Part shown: piece after piece, positions 19,001 to 27,500 of the stretch
Position numbering within the stretch: position 1 is the stretch's first letter
Layout of the letters: the number at the start of each line of letters is the position of its first letter
NCBI GenBank assembly: GCA_049297395.1
Contig: JBAQUG010000497.1
Coordinates: 5,516 to 69,515, forward strand
Length of the DNA stretch: 64,000 nucleotides
Direction: 5' to 3'
DNA from: Victivallales bacterium
GTDB taxonomy: Bacteria > Verrucomicrobiota > Lentisphaeria > Victivallales > GWF2-50-93
Position numbers and translations under genes: made by a program
The notes under the pieces: model-generated
What the model was told of the DNA's origin: nothing
The model's input: the letters and a program-made list of their open reading frames with translations, nothing else
Databases searched by the model: none

Positions 19001-20272
19001 GAGAATTGCAGCCCTGACTTTCGTGCCGCGCGCCCAGAACAGAACTTTTTCGGTGTGCATCTTATTGGAAATATCGAAGCAGTCGCCTGTCTCATATCCG
19101 CCATAGAGCTGGCATGACATGTCTTTCTCCGGTTCAGCCACGAAGACATTCACTGTCCTGCGGTCGTCGTCAGGATAATCCACTTCCAGAAGGTAGAGTT
19201 CCTGTTTTTTTGGCACGTCGATGTCGTATGCGAACCCGGAATTGTATTTCAGGTGGCCGGGCAGTTTCGGGGGTGACGGAAGTTTGACATCGGTATTGTC
19301 TCCGCCTTCGCGGTATTCGCCGGCTGCGGATTTCGCAATCCGCGTAGGTTCGGTGACTTCCCAGAATTTCTCGTTCGCCTTTATTTCCTTGCCCATGTCC
19401 TTCTGGGTGACGCAGTCGATGTCATGGATCAATGTCTTGCGCATCTCTTTTGGAAATCCGGCATTTTTAGTGTCGACAACTGCGAACTGTCCGGCGCGGA
19501 ATTCGCTCGGATGCAGTAATTTCCCATCGACTTTCGCCATGACCTGGAAGACGCCTTCCTTCGGGCATTCGATCTTGACCGTCTTCGTCTTGGGTTCATC
19601 TCTGGAGGAAAACTCCACATCGCCTGCCGCCTGCAGCGGGGCTTCAGGAGCCAGAAGATTTTTCAAAAAGAGTTCGTAGCGTGTACTGGCTCCTGGCATG
19701 CCGCCTGTCACTTTGATCTTGTAGCTTTCGCCGGCACGGATTACATCATATCCGTCGCGTTCAGCCGAGATGGAGCATTCAGGCCTGCCCTTTGCTGGAA
19801 CCAGTTCAAATGCGGCCGGCAGGATACCGGGGAATCCGAGACGGCGCAGACGCAGGACATGCTTGCCTTTTGTCAGCCAGAGATTGCATTCCTTGTACCA
19901 GCGTCCCTGTTCGCCCGGACGGGCCTTTGCTTCGATGTCGTCATTCTCGGAGATCACAAAGTTGAGGACAGTTTTCCCGTCGACAAATAGATCGCGTGGC
20001 CACCCGGGGACACCATCTTTTTCCAGCAGCTCGAACCAGCCGTCGGCAGGGATGTCGATGTCGTATTCCGCCCAGCCGCACATCTCGTTTATGATGCCGT
20101 TCTTCTTCTTCTCCGCCAGCTTCGCCTCGTCATTCGAATACCATTTGATCAAAGACCGGTCGAAACTCCATACGTCCCGTTTGACTACGGGTTTTGACTC
20201 TGTGCCCTGCGAATAAACGGCGGAGAGCGACATGAAAGCCAGAACCGCGATCATCAATGCTTTTTTCATCAT
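16079..20272 (-). CDS. Giant secreted GH-like protein, paralog A2
   Basis: The ORF runs to 20317. The start at 20272 (MMKKALMIAVLAFMSLSAVYSQG) is chosen because its first 8 codons match the A3 start almost base for base (ATGATGAAAAAAGCATTGATGATCGC versus ATGATAAAAAAAGCGTTGATGATCGC). Family blocks: FAYDIDVPKKQELYLLEVDYPDDDRR, NWGYGDWDMSQFQKDSGIKVPGEAGSPDRFEKRFDFL, FYFYAVNR. Confidence 0.85.
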   Translation of the reverse strand: MMKKALMIAVLAFMSLSAVYSQGTESKPVVKRDVWSFDRSLIKWYSNDEAKLAEKKKNGIINEMCGWAEYDIDIPADGWFELLEKDGVPGWPRDLFVDGKTVLNFVISENDDIEAKARPGEQGRWYKECNLWLTKGKHVLRLRRLGFPGILPAAFELVPAKGRPECSISAERDGYDVIRAGESYKIKVTGGMPGASTRYELFLKNLLAPEAPLQAAGDVEFSSRDEPKTKTVKIECPKEGVFQVMAKVDGKLLHPSEFRAGQFAVVDTKNAGFPKEMRKTLIHDIDCVTQKDMGKEIKANEKFWEVTEPTRIAKSAAGEYREGGDNTDVKLPSPPKLPGHLKYNSGFAYDIDVPKKQELYLLEVDYPDDDRRTVNVFVAEPEKDMSCQLYGGYETGDCFDISNKMHTEKVLFWARGTKVRAAILSKNPGMRAAASKIRVYKIEDGLVGGPATRPEGRLMIHWMEEPTRWLQHAVPPKELTPIAKDFLAIERYLRLCQYHGFNAVSPTEAIYQGLTYNSSELEGWFVQPYDAPRIVALMCEKFGMKYIPELHLSGQAWFNAEIVDKLDPKMEDLYIWSRLGTSSMGGGGSWFCSTWNPLHPAIQGKYIKIVGELSDKLADTPAFSGVSLRLMSWVWQGWNGLPSLNWGYGDWDMSQFQKDSGIKVPGEAGSPDRFEKRFDFLTSKEMLPKWIAWRNGRMLDYYRQIRDRIRKANPEAVLYLPYYGDAAQGMDLTFGSYFGTEKGALLEIGLDLAKLADEPGISVYPSGTYGRRDHGDLVADAGVSDSLSSPDKFALGFGRERAFGFGNAYFEDQQQVHTSAFGLPELKDTRTDSGNNGAAEGAGRNALEKLACAVAEQDSGALRQGGMGYTFGRPDEYREWLAEFEQLPKEPFIPFEAARDPVAVWFKKCDDGFYFYAVNRESYEIPVSIQLKDCGKILSLGTGEETAAPEGKINMTLKPFQIRAFKTKRGAAIAGVEIAVPAEKISLVRDRIAFCQQLADEISSGSRKNDVAEKDREAFLSAVNDAWNAAEQHHWWRARTVLSSTPVIKVFNLLAQWPEGQLHRRLGIGALKTENRGGTDIAAALMLTADDLEKTLRDASKIKKIDSSTYNPEWLFTKILKAENGIFEANIPVPVDGRYRLSIGHCSDKPCAMMVSLGTVNMPVIAVCRTPGNPEKTVFPVVSLKAGTALLSIKGQSPFGIYGVTLQPEYHPIPSPNWMTVGPFPTKWYSGAKGELIKEAVSRNDIPADKADMKAEFDVGGKKLKWEYSDEVRGGIPHMNENAGLSFLYRAKVQDRGVCHAVTYINSPDERDAEILIGCDWWANAWLNGEQLKTDRKPELVADDGCFFNGWRPLPAKVHLKKGQNILIVKSHGGTVANWFTCYISDPGDISISNNIK
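16082..16621 (-). other. Shared C-terminal jelly-roll module, copy in A2
   Basis: WMTVGPFPTKW...SPDERDAEILIGCDWWANAWLNGE...FNGW...HLKKGQNILIVKSHGGTVANWFTCYISDPGD. Confidence 0.7.
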
Positions 20273-20355
20273 CGTCATAATCCCTTCGTTTCTGTTAATA
20301 TATTTTTTTAAAAACATCTTTGCTTAATCGAACCATTCAATGATGCGTCTCTTCG

Positions 20356-23300
20356 TCAGTGCTTCTGTTCGGGGAATTTGTCTTTTGACGCTGAATATCC
20401 CAGATCGCCTGGGTCGATGATCTGCGCTGCGAACCGGCTCCCGCCTGATCCGCCATGGCATTTCACAAGCAGCGTGTTGACTCCTTTTTTCAGTCTGATC
20501 CTGGCGCAGGTCGCATTGGTGCTCGTGAAGGAAGCTCCGTCCTGCTGCACTTGGGAGGCGGCTCGCTCGCTGTCCACCAGCTCGCCGTTGATGTATGCAT
20601 TGGCCCACCAGTCGCAGCTGAGCACCAGCTGTGAGCTTCGGTCGTCCGGAGAGTTGATGAAGGTGACGGCAAAGCAGACTCCCCCCCGGGGCAGTTTTAA
20701 AATGTGGGTGAAGTTCAGTCCGCTCTGCATGTAGGGGGCGCTCGTGTCGTCCCTGTTGTCCCACTTCAAATCTTTATCATCCATTCCCTTGTAGACAGCT
20801 TCAAAATTGATTTCCTTTTCCGGTCCATAGACGGTGGACATCGCTGCGCGCACTGCTTCGGCTTCCTTGCCACCGGGGGCGAACCCGCTTTTGAAGGGGC
20901 CGATGAAGCGCCAGGCCGGGGCGGGAAGATCGCGGTAGACCGGCTCGAGACGCAATCCGGCCAGCGCCAGCACGGCAGGGCCTTTGATCATGAACGGACA
21001 CGGAGATTCCTTGATGACGACATCGGTGCGTGCCGTATTTAGGCGGCCGGGCTCGGATCGGATGCCCGCCACGGACTTGCCACTGATTGAGATCTGCGCC
21101 TCGACCGTCTGGGCGCCAGAGACGAAAGTTTCGACGACCAAACGGTATTTGCCGGGACCAGGCGGGGTGAGTGACATCTCAAAAACACCATCTTCGCTGA
21201 CAAGCACTTTGGTTTTCGGCAGTTTCGGATCAAGCGATGACGCCTCCACCATCTTTACCGCCTTTGTCTGTTTCATGGCGGGCAGGAGTTCGGAAGCGCT
21301 GAGTTCGTCCCGGTACCGGTAGAGGTCGCTTCCATTCCACAGGACCGCCTGCAGGAAGGGCGAGTTCTTTTCCGGTCGCACAAAGTAGCGGCCTATGCCG
21401 TTCACCGTCAATTGGACGGCCTTAGCCGCTTCCACGCGCAACGGCAACGGACCGTCGCCAGTCACATCGACGCGCCGACCATCCGGCGATATGGATACTT
21501 CCCATTTCGCCGGCAGTGATGGAATGCTGATCGTGACCACCTCGCCGGAGGGAAGGGGAGAGCGGACACCATTGCGGACCAGTTGAGTAGCACCAAGGCG
21601 CAGACAGCGCGCTACTGCTCCCGGCGTTCCGCGCACAACGAGATCTGTCCCGTCATTGCTGACATGGAACACCCCGTTTCCGCTCCTTACATATTCAATG
21701 CCGCGGCATATGAGCAGACTGCCATTTACGGCTGCGTAACCTATTGGAACCGATTGGTTCCTGCTGAGGAACGAAACCGATGCCATGGAGGCGTCGGTTT
21801 GAAGTTCGCCTTTGACCGGGACGCCATTAACGCTTCCGCCGACAAGGTCGACTCCCGCTGCCGAGCGGACAAGCGCCATTTGTCCGTCGCCATCCCGCGG
21901 CAGCTCGATGGAACGGCCATCGTTTTCACTGTGGGGCGCGAGCAGCGAGAGGAACCGTCCGTTGATTCCGCGCTGGACGGCGTGCAATACTGGATAGCCG
22001 GTTGTCTTTGCCCGGTCGACATTGAGTTTCACATTTTGGTTGCCGAGAAAGACGCCATCCAGTATGCCGCGGCGAGTGTCGATCTTTTCCCAGGGGGGGC
22101 GATTGGCATCGGCCGGTCCGGCGTCTTCAGCTGTGAAGACGATGAAAGGATCTCCGGAGACGGGCAGATCATCTCCAGGTGTCCACGTTTGATCACGGGT
22201 GAAGACTGCGGCGGCCACGCGGCCGCCGCTTCCGCAGATAAGCTCGAAGCGCAGCGGTGAACCGTCGGCGATGGTGATCTCCGCCTTGCCGCCGGGGAGT
22301 ATCGGCAGCCAGTTCCAACCTTGACGGTATGCGCCGCGGCCAAAGGCGGCCGCCACGGAGATGCCGTTGACGACGAATGTGTTGGAGCACCATGACTGCA
22401 CGAAAGGCTCGCCGCGGACCAATGCCCAGCCGTGGTAGACGCCGCCCGCCACTCTGTCCGCCCGCCACGCCATGGCCGCACCATTCGTCATGGAGCGCAG
22501 AACCTTGCCGCCGAAACGCTCCTGGATCGTGAAACGACGGCCGTCGACGCGCAGCGTGTTGCCGGCGACGGTGCGCGCCAGCCAGTCGTACTCATGTTCC
22601 TGATCGTCGGCGCGGAGATCGTCCGCAACCAGCACGACAGGTCCGCTCGCTCCGCGGAGGAACAGGCAGCGGCGGTCGGCCTGGCGGACCGGATTGTATG
22701 GACGCCAATGCCATGGGCCGATGATGTCGCCGTCAAGCACCCGGTCGTAGGCCAGCTTGAGGTCGGAATCCAGGATGTCGGCGTAGCTGGAGAAATCCAC
22801 TGAGCGGATGAAGGCGTCCGAACCGCCCTCGATCTGCTCCTGCGCCTTGCCGTCGATGTGGACGATGTTGTGGTCGCGGGAGCTGTAGTTGCCATAGCCG
22901 GAATCTGCGATGAAGCAGGTTCCGTTTGATGCGAGACAGAAGCTTCCCTGGTCGGCGTGCGTGTGGCCGGCGCGCAACGGCGAGGTGTTGAAGAAAAACA
23001 CCGCATCGTCGACACCCCATCCATTCCGGCAGAACACCAGGCCGCGGTCGGCGAACCATCGCCCTGGCGGAAGGGCGCTCCGATCACCAGCCTTCTCCTC
23101 CGGCCAGCCGTTGATCAGCGCCACGGTTGTGTCGGGAAGTACGCCAAGCCCGGCTTTGACCGAATTTTGGTAAACCCACCTGCCCATCGGACCCAATTCC
23201 TTCCCGATGAAGCTGGCGAAGGCGGCCGACTGGAACTCGCCGTTGGACTTGTTGTAGTCGAACCCCTCGTATCCCCACGGCAGGGCCTCATAAGCCAGCC

Positions 23301-24198
23301 ATTCCGGAACGCGTGGCAGATTGGTAGTCGTGATCATGTCGACGCCGCGCCGGCGCAGCATGATCAATGCGTGCGGAAGGGTGTGGGTGCCGAAATTCAT
23401 AGGGTATTGGATGCCCTCGGTCATGGCTCCCTCGGCGCTGATCCCGTTGTCCAGGAATTCACGAAGTTTCGCGGCCGCCGCCGCCGCAGTAGGAGGGAAA
23501 TACCCGTCCTCCCCTTCGATGGCGAGGTCGCAGAATAGCTGTCCTATTGCGCATAGGCATGTCCAGTTGGTGCAGTTGCGGCCGTTGGCCATGGGACCGT
23601 CCAGCCACCAGGAGGAGGCGTACATGTCGAGGGAAGGCTTGCCGACCATCGAGGCGAGGATGCGCCGCGACCGTCCGCGTTCCTCGTCGTTCAACAGTTC
23701 ATACAGCCAGTCGTAGGCCAGGGCCGACTCCATGTCGCCCCAGTTCTCCTCGGCCTTGAGTTCGCCGTCAGGAGGGAATCCCGACATCCAGATGCGGAAC
23801 ATCTCCAACGCCATGCGACCGTCCTCCTTGTCGCCGGTGATCTGATAGAGCAGGGCGGCTTGCCGGAGCTGTGGCCGGAAACCGCTCCACTGTTTCCGGC
23901 ATTCCTCGAGCCAAGCCGGGTTCATCTTTTTCAACTCTTCGATGATGTTTCCGGCGAATGCACTGCCACGCAGATTCTTCACCAGTTCCTTGCCGACCGT
24001 CGTCTCCGCCCTGGCCCGGATGGCCGGAAGATCACCCTTGGAGAAAAGCAGGCGTGGATGTGTTCCTGCCGGGAGCGGGGATTCCCCGATGGACTCGACG
24101 GGGGCGTCTGCAAAAAGTGAAATGGAACTTGAAAAACAGATGGCGCCGGCGGCGCATGCCGCGGCCACCCATTGACTTGAGATCCGCATTTTCTCCAT
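20356..24198 (-). CDS. Secreted polysaccharide lyase, heparinase II/III-like (alpha/alpha toroid + beta-sandwich), with Ig-like repeats and the shared C-terminal module
   Basis: HPRLLFSKGDLPAIRARAE at the N-terminus. NCTNWTCLCAIG is an NW block. RAGHTHADQGSFCLASNGTCFIADSGYGNYSSRDHNIVHIDGKAQ is the Hepar_II_III signature pattern. Signal peptide MEKMRISSQWVAAACAAGAICFSSSISLFADA. Confidence 0.7.
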   Translation of the reverse strand: MEKMRISSQWVAAACAAGAICFSSSISLFADAPVESIGESPLPAGTHPRLLFSKGDLPAIRARAETTVGKELVKNLRGSAFAGNIIEELKKMNPAWLEECRKQWSGFRPQLRQAALLYQITGDKEDGRMALEMFRIWMSGFPPDGELKAEENWGDMESALAYDWLYELLNDEERGRSRRILASMVGKPSLDMYASSWWLDGPMANGRNCTNWTCLCAIGQLFCDLAIEGEDGYFPPTAAAAAAKLREFLDNGISAEGAMTEGIQYPMNFGTHTLPHALIMLRRRGVDMITTTNLPRVPEWLAYEALPWGYEGFDYNKSNGEFQSAAFASFIGKELGPMGRWVYQNSVKAGLGVLPDTTVALINGWPEEKAGDRSALPPGRWFADRGLVFCRNGWGVDDAVFFFNTSPLRAGHTHADQGSFCLASNGTCFIADSGYGNYSSRDHNIVHIDGKAQEQIEGGSDAFIRSVDFSSYADILDSDLKLAYDRVLDGDIIGPWHWRPYNPVRQADRRCLFLRGASGPVVLVADDLRADDQEHEYDWLARTVAGNTLRVDGRRFTIQERFGGKVLRSMTNGAAMAWRADRVAGGVYHGWALVRGEPFVQSWCSNTFVVNGISVAAAFGRGAYRQGWNWLPILPGGKAEITIADGSPLRFELICGSGGRVAAAVFTRDQTWTPGDDLPVSGDPFIVFTAEDAGPADANRPPWEKIDTRRGILDGVFLGNQNVKLNVDRAKTTGYPVLHAVQRGINGRFLSLLAPHSENDGRSIELPRDGDGQMALVRSAAGVDLVGGSVNGVPVKGELQTDASMASVSFLSRNQSVPIGYAAVNGSLLICRGIEYVRSGNGVFHVSNDGTDLVVRGTPGAVARCLRLGATQLVRNGVRSPLPSGEVVTISIPSLPAKWEVSISPDGRRVDVTGDGPLPLRVEAAKAVQLTVNGIGRYFVRPEKNSPFLQAVLWNGSDLYRYRDELSASELLPAMKQTKAVKMVEASSLDPKLPKTKVLVSEDGVFEMSLTPPGPGKYRLVVETFVSGAQTVEAQISISGKSVAGIRSEPGRLNTARTDVVIKESPCPFMIKGPAVLALAGLRLEPVYRDLPAPAWRFIGPFKSGFAPGGKEAEAVRAAMSTVYGPEKEINFEAVYKGMDDKDLKWDNRDDTSAPYMQSGLNFTHILKLPRGGVCFAVTFINSPDDRSSQLVLSCDWWANAYINGELVDSERAASQVQQDGASFTSTNATCARIRLKKGVNTLLVKCHGGSGGSRFAAQIIDPGDLGYSASKDKFPEQKH
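20359..20913 (-). other. Shared C-terminal jelly-roll module, copy in the lyase
   Basis: WRFIGPFKSG...YGPEKEINFEAVYKGMDDKDLKW...INSPDDRSSQLVLSCDWWANAYINGE...RLKKGVNTLLVKCHGGSGGSRFAAQIIDPGD. Confidence 0.7.
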
Positions 24199-24305
24199 CC
24201 TTCCATTTTAAATTTTTCTTGAACTCAAACCCATTCATCCAACAATCCATCCGTCATCCCGTGGAATGACTGTGTTCCAGCTCCATTCCTTGCGCGATAT
24301 ATTGA

Positions 24306-24314
24306 GTATATCAT
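24306..24314 (-). promoter_or_regulatory. Extended -10 element TGATATACT (internal promoter candidate for the lyase gene)
   Basis: The minus strand reads ..catgttacaTGATATACTcaat. This 9-mer is identical to the three full promoters at 30016, 54088 and 62468. There is no good -35 (GCCGAA at the 17-nt spacing). Confidence 0.4.
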
Positions 24315-24390
24315 GTAACATGCATTCTTCGGCATCGGATGGCAAGTCCAACCCGTGATTTTTTCACGCATTTATTTGCAGGGCAGTAAT

Positions 24391-24483
24391 GGCTCAGGCT
24401 TTATAAAAACGAGGGGGCGGTACCGTACTTTTCCCTCGGGCTTCGGGAAGAAGTCCTGGGACCGACCCCGTAAAGGCTGAGCC
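24391..24483. repeat. Structured intergenic repeat R1, copy 2
   Basis: ggctcaggctttataaaaacgagggggcggtaccgtacttttccctcgggcttcgggaagaagtcctgggaccgaccccgtaaaggctgagcc. The core matches 7496-7566. The outer stem (GGCTCAGG../..GGCTGAGCC) differs in sequence from copy 1 but is again self-complementary. Confidence 0.7.
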
Positions 24484-24515
24484 AATACGCAGGACGGGAG
24501 TACCTTGCCGTGATC

Positions 24516-27500
24516 CTATTTTCCCGTCTCCGGCGGTGTCGGGCTGTACTTCTGGTCTCCCGGATCGCTGACCGCGAAATTGGCATTCCACCCATCCCGG
24601 CCTGTCGTTGTCTTCACCAGCAGCTTGTTCCATCCGGCGTTCAACAGGATCGTCTTGCTGGCGAATTTCCCCCAGGGGCCGGAGATGTCCAGTACCGGCT
24701 CGTCGTTCAGCCAGACCCTGCCATCCCAATCCATGGCATAATACAATATGACGTTTCGTCTGCCAGGGCTGTATATCCACGAAGCAAGATACGCGATCCC
24801 GCTCCCCGGGATGCCATAATTTTTGATATGGACATAGGGGTAGTATTTTTCCAGCAGCTTGACATACTTGTCATCGCCGATGTCAATCTGCCTCCACTGG
24901 ATAGACTTGCCATCCATGCCCTTGTATTCGGAGGAGAGGCTGATCTCCTTTTCGGGAGGGAACGTCGCTTTCGCATAACATTCGCTTCGTTTCTCCCACG
25001 TGTACGGCTTCCCGTCCTCCACATTAAAATCAAAGAGTCCGATCGCGCTCCACTTCTTAATCGTGACAGGAGGCAGGAACGCCATTTCCATCGAACTGAT
25101 CGCCAGTCCGTTGGCGCCTTCGCTGGTCAATGTCATGTCATAAAGACCGCTGTTTATTGACAGCGGCACCGACAGGACATTGCGGATATGCCTTGTCTCG
25201 CCGTAGCCCTCTCCGATTGTTCCAACCGTCTTTCCATTGAACCCGACCTTGATCGGGCCGTAACCCTTTCCGAACAACCCCCTTATCCGGAGTTCGAACT
25301 GCCCCGCTGTCGCCGTGCTCGCATGGTAAACCGTCTTGCCGGACGGTATCACGACAAAATCCTCCTCCGTGTATTGAGCTAATTTTGCGAGTTTCGCAGC
25401 ACCCTCCGGCTTGAAGTTGTGCTGGAGCAGATATCCGGCATTGCCGGAGCAGACGGCATAGTCCTCCATGCCATCCGGCCAGCCAAAGGCCTCCAGCCAC
25501 CATCTGCGCTCCGAGGCGATGCGCTGGATGAGAAATCCGGCCTTCAGATACTCTTTGTCACGCCAGGCCTTATCTACAGGATTGAATGAGCCGGCGAATG
25601 TCTCAATCGCATCGCGTCTGTCCCATTCGCAGGTGTCCTTCACTCCAGCCGCGCATCCGCCCGCGCCGACGAAGACATGTTTCATGTCCCCGGCGGCGGC
25701 GTTTATTTTCCGCAGGAACTCAACCTGTTTGCCAATCCGTTCAATCTCGTCTGGCCGCACTTGGATATTCATCCCTTCAATTGATGTGATTCCCTTTGCC
25801 GCGAAAAGCGCAGGCATGAACGGATCCAGCGACACATTGACCACATTCCCCTTTGCCGCGAGCGTTTCGCCGCTGACAAGATCTTTCACCCCGTCCGCGT
25901 CCTTGGGCAATGAAATCTCAAGTTCCCTCCTATAGGGCGTCTGGTTGACCAGATAGAACACGAGCTCTTTCCCATGAAATATCCAACCGGTCTTGTCTTG
26001 TCTCTGGGCCGACCAGCAGACGACTACCGGCTGATCTGAGCCTTTACCGGCGAACCGCTCATACTTCAAGTCCGGGATCGCCCGGAATACCCGCACGAAG
26101 GAGCGCAGTCCCTCGTCAACTGGCGAAATGCCCCAGAGTTCACCGCAGACTATCCTGTCAAGCTGTCCTGCCGCCAGCGCTTTGGCCGGCTGCTCCAGCT
26201 GGCGGGGATGTCCGATCAATGCGAAGTCATGGCACAGATTCCTAATATAAGCCGTATCGCCAGGCGTAAAGTTCTCAATATTGCCGCGTATCTCCGCCGG
26301 TTCACGCACATCGAAGTTTGCGAACGCGACAGGGTCGAATCCATTCAATTCAATGTTCTCGTCATTGCCGCCCCTGAATTTCTCCCATTTTTCAAAACCA
26401 ATATCCCGGCGCCCGGCAAGGCTGGCATAATCAATTCCGCTTTCACGTGCAGGCGCTATTTTCCATGCGGCGTAGGCGCCGCTGTACAGCCGGGCGGAAG
26501 GCGCATTGCGGCGCAGTTCCGCCACTCCTTCCTCAAGCAGGCTTTCTACCTTCTGGCAGCGCCAGTCAATCCATTTGTCGCGGAGATCGTCCTTGAGCAG
26601 GTGTTCCCGGCGGAGTTTGAACCGCTCATCCCCGGCATTGGCCACACCGATGGAAACTCCTGTCTCCTTTTCAAAGAGAGACACCGTAAAATCATCGTAC
26701 CCGTTGGAGTCCGAAATATAAAAGGGGTCGAATCCGGACTGCCATGGAGTCCACCACCTCAGACGCACCCCGGCAAAGGACGGGAAGCCGCCGTACTGCC
26801 TGCTGATTTCTCCGAGCACGGTGGTGAAATACTTGCGTGACGCAGGATGCGCAGGATTGAGAATGCGATGCGTCCATCCGCTTCCTCCGTCGTAGCACTT
26901 CCCATTGGAGTCGGTTACGAAAAGTTCGTCCGCCGCCTCATATCCGCATTTGCGGGCGAAATGCTGGACGGCTCCTTCCGACAATCGGGAAACCATCAGG
27001 TCCGCCACCATCCGGGCATTGTTCTTCTGTCCGGTCATGAGCAGCATCTTGAAAATATCGCGTTCAATGGGGTCGACCAGCCGCCCGCGGCCTCCGGTAC
27101 TGTAAACATCCTGTCCTTTGGGAAGATGGGGGACGCCCTGCAGGAAAGTCATGTTGTATGACAATGCCGGCACCATGATCAAGTTATCGCCCCGATATCG
27201 GGACAGGCGGGTGTATCTTTCAGCTCCGGCATGCAATGCACGCCAATCCTGATAGAATCCTCCTCTGAGATTGCTGAGCAGGCCGGATATAAAATCATTG
27301 CCCTCCCAAAGCGGAGGCATTGTGCTTTCAAATGCCCATATATTGGTTTGTTCGCTGTCGGCGCCGAATTCCCTTTTCTGCTCCCAGCCGCCTGCCGGTT
27401 CCGGCAATGGAGGAAGACCTTCCGGCAGCTCATACAGTTCAATTTTTGAAATGGCACCCTCCCTGTTCAACCTGGAATTATGGTTGCCGTTGTGGCAGAC